A program made the translations under genes and the position numbers. From Bdellovibrio sp. (lineage in GTDB: Bacteria > Bdellovibrionota > Bdellovibrionia > Bdellovibrionales > Bdellovibrionaceae), in assembly GCA_043759945.1 (NCBI GenBank), contig JAYUPS010000333.1, positions 1-62,293 of the forward strand: a stretch of DNA of 62,293 bases, written 5' to 3'. The notes below the pieces were generated by a model that saw only the letters and a list, made by a program, of their open reading frames with translations, had not been told where the DNA came from and did no database searches. This document shows, one piece after another, positions 54,340-62,293 of the stretch (position 1 is its first letter; each line of letters starts with the position of its first letter).

Positions 54340-55380
54340 ATGAAAACCAAAGCCTACGCTGCGTTCTCGGCCAGTTCACCCCTTCAACCCTATGAATTTG
54401 ATCGCCGGGAGCCAAAACCGGATGACGTTGTTATCGAAATCGCATTTTGTGGGATCTGTCACTCGGACATTCACACAGCCCGCAGCGAATGGGGTCCAGT
54501 AAAATATCCCTGTGTTCCCGGCCATGAAATTGTCGGCAAAGTGATTCGTGTCGGTAAAAAAGTGAAGCGGTTTAAAGTCGATGATCTTGCCGGAGTCGGA
54601 TGTTTTGTGGACTCTTGTGGAAAATGCGTAAGTTGCAAAGCCAACGAACAGCAATTTTGCCAAAAGCATGTTTCCTTTACCTATGCGAGCACCGAAGCCG
54701 ATAAAAAAACTCTGACCCAGGGCGGTTACTCCACTCTGATCACCGTGAAAGACGCCTACGTTTTCAAGATCAAAAAGGGCTTGCCGCTCGATCGCGTGGC
54801 TCCGCTCCTGTGCGCGGGAATTACGACTTACTCGCCCTTGAAAAGATACAAAGTTAAAAAAGGTTCCAAAGTCGGAATCGTGGGCCTGGGTGGTCTTGGT
54901 CACATGGGTGTGAAAATCGCAAAAGCAATGGGCGCCGAGGTCACAGTATTTAGCACTTCACCGAATAAAGAGGCTGACGCAAAAAAACTGGGAGCAAAAA
55001 ATTTCGTGATCACTAAAGATCCTGCTAATTTTGCAGCCCTTGCCGGAAAGCTGGATCTCATCATTAATACTGTGTCGGCCAATCACGATTTTTCCCCGTT
55101 TTTAGGGACTTTGAAGATTGACGGCACCATGGTGCTGGTCGGCGTTGCTCCAGAACCAAATCAAGTGGCGGCCTTTGCTTTAATTGGAGGACGCAAAAAG
55201 TTAACGGGCTCTCTGATTGGTGGAGTTAAAGAAACTCAGGAAATGCTCGACTTCTGCGCCGCTAAGAAAGTATTTTCCGACATTGAGTTAATTTCTGCAG
55301 ATCAGATCAACCAAGCCTATGAACGCACAATTAAGGGCGACGTTAAATATCGATTCGTCATCGATGCGAAAACTTTTTGA
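54340..55380 (+). CDS. yahK: zinc-dependent NADP-dependent alcohol/aldehyde reductase (cinnamyl alcohol dehydrogenase family, YahK-like)
   Basis: Colinear with my recollection of E. coli YahK. Motifs are CGICHSDIH, PCVPGHEIVGKV, LLCAGITTYSPL, GLGGLGHMGVK and VKYRFVID. Confidence 0.85.
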   Translation: MKTKAYAAFSASSPLQPYEFDRREPKPDDVVIEIAFCGICHSDIHTARSEWGPVKYPCVPGHEIVGKVIRVGKKVKRFKVDDLAGVGCFVDSCGKCVSCKANEQQFCQKHVSFTYASTEADKKTLTQGGYSTLITVKDAYVFKIKKGLPLDRVAPLLCAGITTYSPLKRYKVKKGSKVGIVGLGGLGHMGVKIAKAMGAEVTVFSTSPNKEADAKKLGAKNFVITKDPANFAALAGKLDLIINTVSANHDFSPFLGTLKIDGTMVLVGVAPEPNQVAAFALIGGRKKLTGSLIGGVKETQEMLDFCAAKKVFSDIELISADQINQAYERTIKGDVKYRFVIDAKTF

Positions 55381-55392
55381 GAGAGAGAAAAC

Positions 55393-57516
55393 ATGAAGAA
55401 AGTAATGTCCGTATTTTCTGGAGTATTTATGACGGCTTCGATTGCCTTGTCTGTCACGACACCAAACCCTTTGCTTAACAACTGGTGGAAGGGTCCCTAT
55501 GGCGGAGTTCCCGAATTTGACAAGGTCAAGGTCGCCGACTTTAATTCCGCGATCGAAGAGGGTATGAATCAACTTCGAACCGAAATTAAAACCATCGCCG
55601 AGAATCCTGCGGCACCGACTTTTGAAAATACCCTGGCCGCTTTGGAAAAATCAGGACGCACCCTGGATCGCGTTCTGGGTTATTATTACACTTGGAGCGG
55701 TTCGATGAGCACTCCCGACTTTCAAGTCATTGAAAAAGAAATGGCACCAAAGCTTGCGGCCTTTCAAGATGAAATTATACAGAATCAAAAACTTTTTAAG
55801 CGCATCGAAACTATTTATAATTCGCCGGAAAAAGTAAAATTAAATCCAGAACAACAACGTTTGTCATGGTACCAGTGGAACCGTTTTATCCTTCAGGGCG
55901 CAAAACTTGATGGTAAGCAAAAATTGAAAATTACCGAGCTTAACCAAAAATTGGCAACGTTAACGACGCAGTTTAGCCAAAACCAGTTGGCCGATGAAGA
56001 AAATGAATTCATGGTCATCGAGAAAAAAGAAGATCTGGCGAACCTGCCCCAAAGCGTGATCGATGCCGCCGCCGGCGAGGCCACCGCGAAAAAATTAAAT
56101 GGCAAATGGGTTTTGACGAATACTCGTTCTTCGGTTGAGCCGTTCTTGACCTACTCTTCAAATCGTCCTTTGCGCGAAAAAGCTTTTAAGATGTGGACCT
56201 CTCGCGGCGACAACAACAATTCTTTCAATAACAACAAAGTGGTGACGGAGATCTTAAAACTTCGGGCCGAACGGGCAAAAATATTGGGTTTTCCGACTTT
56301 TGCTCACTGGCGCTTGGCCGACACAATGGCCAAAGATCCCCAACAAGCCATGGATCTGATGATGAAGGTTTGGACTCCTGCCTTAGCCCAAGCGAAAAAA
56401 GAAGTGGCGGACATGCAAGCCATTGTCGATAACGAAAAAGGCGGATTTAAAATCGCCGCTTGGGATTATCGCTATTACGCCGAGAAAGTTCGCCAAGCAA
56501 AATTCGATCTGGATTTCAACTTGGTCAAGCCCTACCTGCAACTGGACAACATTCAAAAAGGACTGTTTTTATCAGCAGGTAAGCTTTTTAATTTAAAATT
56601 TTCAAAGTTGACCGGCATTCCTACTTTTCACAGAGATCAAACGGTTTACAAAGTTTCCCGAGACGGAAAACAAGTGGGTCTCTGGTATTTTGACCCTTAC
56701 GCGCGCACCGGAAAAAATTCGGGCGCTTGGATGTCGGCCTATCGCGAGCAAAACAAGGTGGATGAATTTCCTATTACAACCATCGTTTCGAATAACTCGA
56801 ACTTTATCAAAACAAAGCCGGGCCAGCCCGTTCTGATCTCATGGGATGATGCCATCACCATGTTTCATGAATTCGGACACGCCATCCATGGTCTTAGCTC
56901 CAACGTTACCTACCCGAGCATTTCGGGAACGAACACGGCCCGGGACTTTGTCGAGTTTCCGTCGCAAGTTTACGAAAACTTTTTAGAAACTCCCGACGTC
57001 ATGGCGCTTTTAAAAAACAAGGAAGGCAAATCACTTCCAAAAGACCTGATTGCGAAAATTGAAAAAGCTCGAACTTTTAACGAAGGCTTTGCGACCGTCG
57101 AATTCCTGTCCTCGGCGATTGTTGACATGAAACTTCATCTCGCCGGAGATAAAACAATCGACCCTGCGAAATTCGAAAAAGACACCTTGAAAGAGATTGG
57201 TATGCCCTCGGAGATTGTTATGCGCCATCGGATCCCGGCGTTCGGTCATTTGTTCTCAAGCGACAGCTACGCTGCCGGATATTACAGTTACCTGTGGTCG
57301 CAGGTTTTGGACCATGACGCTTTTGAAGCTTTCACCGAGGTCGGAAATCCCTACGACAAAACGGTCGCGAAAAAATTAAATGACTATATTTTCTCGATCG
57401 GAAACACGATGGATCCAGCCGAGGGCTATCGTAAATTTCGCGGTCGCGACCCCTCGGTTAATGCGCTTTTAAGAGCGAGGGGCTTTCCGGTTCCCGCCCA
57501 GACGACAACCAAATAG
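55393..57516 (+). CDS. dcp: M3 family peptidyl-dipeptidase (Dcp-like), secreted
   Basis: 707 aa. The signal-like N-terminus is followed by the zinc motif HEFGHAIH and the downstream EFPSQ. Confidence 0.8.
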   Translation: MKKVMSVFSGVFMTASIALSVTTPNPLLNNWWKGPYGGVPEFDKVKVADFNSAIEEGMNQLRTEIKTIAENPAAPTFENTLAALEKSGRTLDRVLGYYYTWSGSMSTPDFQVIEKEMAPKLAAFQDEIIQNQKLFKRIETIYNSPEKVKLNPEQQRLSWYQWNRFILQGAKLDGKQKLKITELNQKLATLTTQFSQNQLADEENEFMVIEKKEDLANLPQSVIDAAAGEATAKKLNGKWVLTNTRSSVEPFLTYSSNRPLREKAFKMWTSRGDNNNSFNNNKVVTEILKLRAERAKILGFPTFAHWRLADTMAKDPQQAMDLMMKVWTPALAQAKKEVADMQAIVDNEKGGFKIAAWDYRYYAEKVRQAKFDLDFNLVKPYLQLDNIQKGLFLSAGKLFNLKFSKLTGIPTFHRDQTVYKVSRDGKQVGLWYFDPYARTGKNSGAWMSAYREQNKVDEFPITTIVSNNSNFIKTKPGQPVLISWDDAITMFHEFGHAIHGLSSNVTYPSISGTNTARDFVEFPSQVYENFLETPDVMALLKNKEGKSLPKDLIAKIEKARTFNEGFATVEFLSSAIVDMKLHLAGDKTIDPAKFEKDTLKEIGMPSEIVMRHRIPAFGHLFSSDSYAAGYYSYLWSQVLDHDAFEAFTEVGNPYDKTVAKKLNDYIFSIGNTMDPAEGYRKFRGRDPSVNALLRARGFPVPAQTTTK

Positions 57517-57552
57517 GTAAACATCCTCGAACTGCAGTTCAAATATTCATTT

Positions 57553-58821
57553 ATGCATTTACCCCGACCGAAGAATGGGGCTATACCTTTTCCCATGAAG
57601 AATCTTATCGCTCTAGCCTTGTTTTTTACGTGCCTGCAGGCTCCCGCAAAGATCGAAGTTTTATTTCATCCCCGTGATCCCACACTTTCCAAAATTGCCG
57701 AATGGATTGGATCCGCTCAGTCCCGTGTCGACATCGCGATGTACAATATGGATCTCACCGACAGGTCACCGATTATTCAAAAACTGAAGTCTCCTGAAAT
57801 TCAGGCTCGACTGCGGAGCGGGGCTTTAAAAATAAGAATTATTTTCGAAGGTCCAGGTCCGCGAAAGGCCAACGAAACTCGGCTAAATCTGTTGGAAGCC
57901 CTGGGAATTGACGCCCGGTATTTGGGGAAAGCGATCAAGGTTCACCACAAAGTTGCGGTCCTGGATACGGGCTCTTCGCTCGAGAGAGTCATCACGGGCA
58001 GTGCAAACTGGTCCATTTCCTCTTTCACGAACTACAACGAGAATATTTTATTTTTTGAAGGTGAGCCCGAGTTAAATTATCGGTATCAGACAGAGTTTGA
58101 TCGAATTTGGAGCCGCAGCAAACCCTTTGGAATTGAAAAAGAAACCTTTTTCAATGAGCCTTCTTTTTTTGATCAAAACGAAATTGAGATCTTTTTTAAC
58201 TCGCCCCGCCACTTTAGGATGGAAGGCCAAGAAAAAAATAATCTAACAGAACAAGTTGTTCGGCTGATTGATGCCGCCAAATCACAAATCGAAGTCGCGA
58301 CGACGCGGATCCGAGCCGAGCCTATTTTGGACGCGGTAAAGCGAGCGGCTGATCGTGGATTAAAAATTCAGATATTGTTGAGCCAAGATGATTTCAAAGA
58401 TTTAAACCAACGCGCCCGTTGGCTTTTTGGTAATGCCAACATCCAGCTGCGAGTAAAGTTTTATAATTTAAAAATCGGCAATTACTTGGGTTTTCAGATG
58501 CACAACAAATTTATGATCATCGACCGCGAAAACCTGATGTCGGGATCTTTTAATTGGTCCGACTCGAGTGAAAATTTACATCTAGAAAATCTTGTCGTTT
58601 TGACGGGAACCGCTTCTCAGTCCGTCATAGGCACCTACACCCACGAATTTGAATCTTTGTGGATTTTGGGTCGAAGTCATTTGCAAGAGTTAAAAGAACG
58701 TCTGGCCCAGTCCAAAGCCGCCGGGATTCATCCCGCATGCGCCTTCAATCCCACCGCGCTAGAAATTTCAGAAATTAATTTTTTGATATCGGAATACCAA
58801 GATTGCAGTTCTCAAAAATGA
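57553..58821 (+). CDS. secreted phospholipase D / Nuc-like protein with two HKD motifs
   Basis: HKD motifs are HHKVAVLD...GSANWS and HNKFMIID...GSFNWS. The signal peptide begins at MKNLIALALFF, so the start may be 57595. Confidence 0.75.
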   Translation: MHLPRPKNGAIPFPMKNLIALALFFTCLQAPAKIEVLFHPRDPTLSKIAEWIGSAQSRVDIAMYNMDLTDRSPIIQKLKSPEIQARLRSGALKIRIIFEGPGPRKANETRLNLLEALGIDARYLGKAIKVHHKVAVLDTGSSLERVITGSANWSISSFTNYNENILFFEGEPELNYRYQTEFDRIWSRSKPFGIEKETFFNEPSFFDQNEIEIFFNSPRHFRMEGQEKNNLTEQVVRLIDAAKSQIEVATTRIRAEPILDAVKRAADRGLKIQILLSQDDFKDLNQRARWLFGNANIQLRVKFYNLKIGNYLGFQMHNKFMIIDRENLMSGSFNWSDSSENLHLENLVVLTGTASQSVIGTYTHEFESLWILGRSHLQELKERLAQSKAAGIHPACAFNPTALEISEINFLISEYQDCSSQK

Positions 58822-58885
58822 ACGGCCCCTCGAGTGGGGCCGCCCGGCTGATCATGGGAATGACCAGACTAATTCGAGGCATTAA

Positions 58886-59092
58886 TTAAACTTTTTTCGG
58901 ATGATTTGGATTCTTGTGAGTTTTCTCAATTTTATCCCCCAAATTATAAACCTTTTGTCCAAGGTCTTTAGCTCCGGCATCGGCAATTTTTTCGCCCAGG
59001 CCTTCGACAGCTCCACCGACTTTGTCGCGTAAACTTTCTTTTTTACCCACAGCAGTTTTATCACCCGGTGTATTCATATTTGGATTTTGCAT
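58886..59092 (-). CDS. small hydrophilic Lys/Gly-rich protein (CsbD-like, weak)
   Basis: ATG at 59092 lies 3 nt after GGAGGA. The sequence is MQNPNMNTPGDKTAVGKKESLRDKVGGAVEGLGEKIADAGAKDLGQK. Confidence 0.55.
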   Translation of the reverse strand: MQNPNMNTPGDKTAVGKKESLRDKVGGAVEGLGEKIADAGAKDLGQKVYNLGDKIEKTHKNPNHPKKV

Positions 59093-59275
59093 AAATCCTC
59101 CGTTTCTGTCGGACTTAAATTGCAATCATTGTGCAGCACCGATTGGCTTTTAAAAGCGAACTGAAATGAAATTTTGTCGGATTGTCCCGTTTTCTCCCCA
59201 ATTCAAGTCCCAAATGGCCTCGACCAGTTCCGCAAGCCTCTTGCTCTCGTTCGTAGGCTCTTTGATAATAAAAAA

Positions 59276-59872
59276 ATGAAGTTTGTATTGTTTCTTCTGC
59301 TAACGATCGGTTTGACCGCGTGTACGACGACACCTGATCCGGTAGATCCGCCGTTTGAGGACATCGAAGTTCCGCCGGCTCTGAAAAAACCGCGGTCATC
59401 GCGAGGGGGCGCTCCGAAACCCGTCTTGGTTCCGCCCGCAGCGGTTAATGTCGATTATGAAGGCTTGTCGCGCTCTTTTGGTATGGATCCGCCCCGAGAA
59501 GCTTTGGGCTTCAAAGAAAAGTCTTTTGATACCTGTCGGGTCGGTTACGGGTACTCAGCTTCTCAAGACTGCCGTCAAAACTTTTTCGCGGTGATTAATT
59601 TTCGTATTCTGTGTCGTGATTCCGAGGGCACCGTCTCCGTAGCTATTAACCCCCAGGATTTACGACCCTTGAGTGGTCGAGCTCTTACGTGGCTCTTAAA
59701 TAACAATACGGGTTCACTTCGCCTAGACAACCAAGGTTACGGACAAATAAAAATAACCGGGGAAAATTCTTCACGGGAAGAGCGGTTGAAAATCTCTGCG
59801 GACAATGATTTTCTTTATCTGCGTGCCGGTCAGGTCAGCCGCATCGTTACCCCCAAAAACTGGTGCAACTAA
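59276..59872 (+). CDS. hypothetical lipoprotein
   Basis: MKFVLFLLLTIGLTAC carries a lipobox and is followed by a Pro-rich linker. Confidence 0.6.
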   Translation: MKFVLFLLLTIGLTACTTTPDPVDPPFEDIEVPPALKKPRSSRGGAPKPVLVPPAAVNVDYEGLSRSFGMDPPREALGFKEKSFDTCRVGYGYSASQDCRQNFFAVINFRILCRDSEGTVSVAINPQDLRPLSGRALTWLLNNNTGSLRLDNQGYGQIKITGENSSREERLKISADNDFLYLRAGQVSRIVTPKNWCN

Positions 59873-60192
59873 GTTTGAACAAAATGCAAAAGAGCCAAAC
59901 CAAATAGTAACGTCACCAAGACATTTTTGGTAAGATACGCCACCACCAAGGCCGCAACCGCAACCAAAATTTTATTTCTAAACTCTTGGGGCGTCGAAGG
60001 TTGTGATAAAATATTATTTGAGATGATCGCGGAAAAAACCGCAGGCCCCAGAAGAGCCAGAAAATTCTCTGGTATTTTTTGAGCGAATTTTTTGCCTTGA
60101 TCGCTAATGAACGAGTAACGGTAGCAAAAAGTAATTATTCCCAAGCAAATCATTCCGACGATCATGGATAAATACTGATCTGACGAAATCAT
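59869..60192 (-). CDS. azlD: branched-chain amino acid transport protein AzlD
   Basis: About 107 aa and hydrophobic. The start at MISSDQYL (60192) overlaps the azlC stop (ATGA). Confidence 0.7.
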   Translation of the reverse strand: MISSDQYLSMIVGMICLGIITFCYRYSFISDQGKKFAQKIPENFLALLGPAVFSAIISNNILSQPSTPQEFRNKILVAVAALVVAYLTKNVLVTLLFGLALLHFVQT

Positions 60193-60887
60193 TTTTTCGC
60201 CTCGACAAAGCAGCGAATAAAGTAGCCACAAAAGCACGCGCTCAGTATGGCCGCAATCACTCCCAAGCCATAAGGAAAATTCCGAAATAGAATCACGAAA
60301 CAGACTGACAATACCACCGTAAGAAACGCGAAACGATCTTTGCAAACTGAGATAACCAAGGGCATAAACATTAGCGGTATTGAAAAGCTTAGATTCCAAG
60401 AAGCCGGAATTAACTGACCAAAGAAAATGCCCAAAAACGAAGATCCAATCCAAAAAAACCAAGTCCCCAAAGCCGCACCCAGAAAAAACCAGTGCCGCTG
60501 AACTTGCGGAATTTGATCAATCTCTTCCCGATGCGACAGTGCTATGGCATAAAGTTGATCGGTGAGCCAATAACCCAAGACCAGACGCCACTTTTTGGGG
60601 AATTGTGAAAATTCCTGACTGACCCCCGCGCTGTATATAAAATGGCGCGCATTCACGATGTTAGAGCCCAAAACGGCCTGAAAGGCCGAGCCAACTTGGC
60701 TGTAAAGATCGATAAATACCAGCTGCGACGAGCCACCGAAAACCAAGATTGAAAAAAACTGCACCAGCCACCAGGGAAATCCGACACTTGTGGCGATCGT
60801 GCCGTACAAGATTCCAAAAGGGATCACTCCCCCTTGCAAGGGGAGAATCTTTAGGAATCCCCTCCAAAGAATAGTTTTTGTGCTCAT
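60189..60887 (-). CDS. azlC: AzlC family branched-chain amino acid permease component
   Basis: 232 aa and multi-TM. Motifs are GVIPFGILYG and SILVFGGSSQLVFIDL. Confidence 0.75.
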   Translation of the reverse strand: MSTKTILWRGFLKILPLQGGVIPFGILYGTIATSVGFPWWLVQFFSILVFGGSSQLVFIDLYSQVGSAFQAVLGSNIVNARHFIYSAGVSQEFSQFPKKWRLVLGYWLTDQLYAIALSHREEIDQIPQVQRHWFFLGAALGTWFFWIGSSFLGIFFGQLIPASWNLSFSIPLMFMPLVISVCKDRFAFLTVVLSVCFVILFRNFPYGLGVIAAILSACFCGYFIRCFVEAKK

Positions 60888-60892
60888 GCTTC

Positions 60893-61525
60893 CTATCTCT
60901 TTTTCGATGCCGGATTTTTTTCTTGCACCAAGTAGCGAAGACCAATCAATGCTCCATAGTGATCACTGCTTTCGTGCTCTTTCTTTGTGAGCGAAACCGA
61001 ATAACGAGTATCTAAAATGACTGACCAATAAGGCTTCTGCCAAAGTTCAGTCTGAACGGCCAGGTCGAACCCGTATTCGGTAATGTCCCGGGCCGAAGTA
61101 TCAAAATCGGTTCCAGTACTAAAATCGTTATAGACTTGGATAGCTTGGCCGATGGAATAGGAAGAATAAATCGCCAGCGAAGCCGAAAGCCTGGAAGCCA
61201 ACCAACGACGGTACCCCATGGTAACATGCATTATTTCGGCGCGCTCCCCCACCAAACTCGGGGTCAATAATCGATAAAAATGTTTTCTCATGTAGAAAAT
61301 GCCGATTTCCAAGGAACCTTTGTCGCTAAAATCACCAACCGCCATGATGGCAGCTCCGTTCAGAAACTTATTTTCGGTGGCGCGAGCCTCTTGAAAATTT
61401 GTTTTGCTAAAAAATGGGCCAACAATGGCACTGATATTGCCTTCTTTCGGAGTGTACGCAAAACTTAAGCTTGGAAATAGATTCGGAACTAAAATTAGTA
61501 AAATTATAACGATGAGCCTTCTCAT
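60893..61525 (-). CDS. hypothetical outer-membrane beta-barrel-like protein
   Basis: The signal peptide is MRRLIVIILLILVPNLFPSLSFA. The rest shows alternating aromatic/hydrophilic beta-strand patterns. Confidence 0.5.
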   Translation of the reverse strand: MRRLIVIILLILVPNLFPSLSFAYTPKEGNISAIVGPFFSKTNFQEARATENKFLNGAAIMAVGDFSDKGSLEIGIFYMRKHFYRLLTPSLVGERAEIMHVTMGYRRWLASRLSASLAIYSSYSIGQAIQVYNDFSTGTDFDTSARDITEYGFDLAVQTELWQKPYWSVILDTRYSVSLTKKEHESSDHYGALIGLRYLVQEKNPASKKR

Positions 61526-61540
61526 GCAGGAAGATTAAAT

Positions 61541-62293
61541 TTGGTCACCAAGAAAACCAATCAAAATCTGATTCAAATACTTATTTGCCTGTTGCTTGTC
61601 CTATTGCCGGCTATGGTTCACGCTCAAAAAATTCCGGCTCCTACTTTCGAAGAAGAGGACGAGGAAGTCGAACGGACCTGGGAACAAATCTTTATCGAAG
61701 ATAACGTTCGCTTTTCTCGGTGGTTTGACGGGGTCGCCGAAGGCCTTGATTTATTTATCGTTGGTAAGAAAGTCACAGAAAAGCGAAATGAGTCCAGCGT
61801 TCGCGTTGAAAACTCAACGTTTTCAGTGGAAAGCGAACGCGTTAGCAATTCGACGGCATTAAGTATCAATCCCCGATTTCCCAATCTTGAAGAGTACTGG
61901 AATTTAAAATTTACCACTTACGATGAAAGAGAGGACAATCGTAATGCCCAAAGTAGTTACTTGCGCCAAGTTCCTCGTGAACGCAATGTGGGAGCAAGCG
62001 TTGGTTTATTTAACAAACTAGGGAATGTGCGAACGGCATTTCAGCCCCGAGTCGAATTGCAAAATCCTTTGAAGATTTCCCACTCTTTAAGTTTTGAAAG
62101 TGTTTCGGACAATAAATCATGGCAGATCAACCCGAAAATTGAATTTTACGCCACACCAATAAAAGGGGTCGGCGTATTTCAGGCCTTAAATTTTAATTTT
62201 TACTTAACGCCCAAATACACATTTACCTTAATTAATCAGGGCGACTATATCGAAAAGCAAAATCGCTTCGAGGCCACCAATGGGTTTTCGCTG
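61541..62293 (+). CDS. hypothetical secreted protein, 3' end runs off the window
   Basis: Not in the ORF track because there is no stop in the window. The frame from TTG 61541 (or ATG 61613) is open to 62293. The signal peptide is LIQILICLLLVLLPAMVHA. The sequence is beta-rich and has a YWNLKFTTYDE pattern. Confidence 0.55.
   Translation, partial: MVTKKTNQNLIQILICLLLVLLPAMVHAQKIPAPTFEEEDEEVERTWEQIFIEDNVRFSRWFDGVAEGLDLFIVGKKVTEKRNESSVRVENSTFSVESERVSNSTALSINPRFPNLEEYWNLKFTTYDEREDNRNAQSSYLRQVPRERNVGASVGLFNKLGNVRTAFQPRVELQNPLKISHSLSFESVSDNKSWQINPKIEFYATPIKGVGVFQALNFNFYLTPKYTFTLINQGDYIEKQNRFEATNGFSL

Noticed and set aside
58826-58846. Hairpin GGCCCC-tcgagt-GGGGCC after the PLD-like gene
   Set aside because: It has a GC stem but no following T-tract, so I did not call it an intrinsic terminator.
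1-62293. Search for CRISPR arrays, rRNA/tRNA genes, prophage, integrase, toxin-antitoxin or known defence-system genes
   Set aside because: I saw no regularly spaced direct repeats, no tRNA-like cloverleaf candidates, and no integrase, recombinase, reverse transcriptase or Cas-like translations in any frame of the track. The only mobile DNA is the miniature IS-like element.

Overview
This is a dense bacterial chromosomal window with about 70 protein-coding genes. I found no rRNA, tRNA or CRISPR array. GC looks mid-range by eye. The gene content (many secreted proteases and hydrolases, PilZ, a nucleoside transporter) suggests a Bdellovibrio-like or Oligoflexia-like organism, but I cannot verify that. 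Modules I recognise:
- an arsR / arsC-aquaglyceroporin arsenic locus
- a divergent GH15 hydrolase / fused trehalose-6-P synthase-phosphatase pair
- a CHASE hybrid histidine kinase interrupted by one in-frame stop
- pqiA-pqiB-yaiI
- the four-gene ligase-associated DNA damage response operon (beta-CASP exonuclease, ATP-dependent ligase, Lhr-like DEXH helicase, PdeM)
- a radical-SAM + DUF4130/UdgX-like glycosylase cassette
- a YcgG-DUF1989 pair
- a redox cluster (1-Cys Prx, DUF2461, RhlE, Tpx)
- a FAN1-like VRR-NUC nuclease fused to a DnaQ-type exonuclease
- yahK-dcp
- azlCD

The observations I rate highest:
1. A near-identical 17-bp direct-repeat box, TTACAT-N5-TTACAT, sits 3-4 nt from the start codons of two separate accessory DNA-repair loci. 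This could be a shared operator over leaderless promoters.
2. The FAN1-DnaQ fusion itself.
3. UdgX-type signature motifs in the glycosylase partner of the radical-SAM gene, with a perfect 15-bp tandem duplication inside its catalytic-loop region.
4. A 435-bp miniature IS1/IS1595-like element with 23-bp perfect inverted repeats and a 9-bp target duplication.
5. The nonsense-interrupted sensor kinase.

All family assignments come from reading motifs in the translations. No database search was run.
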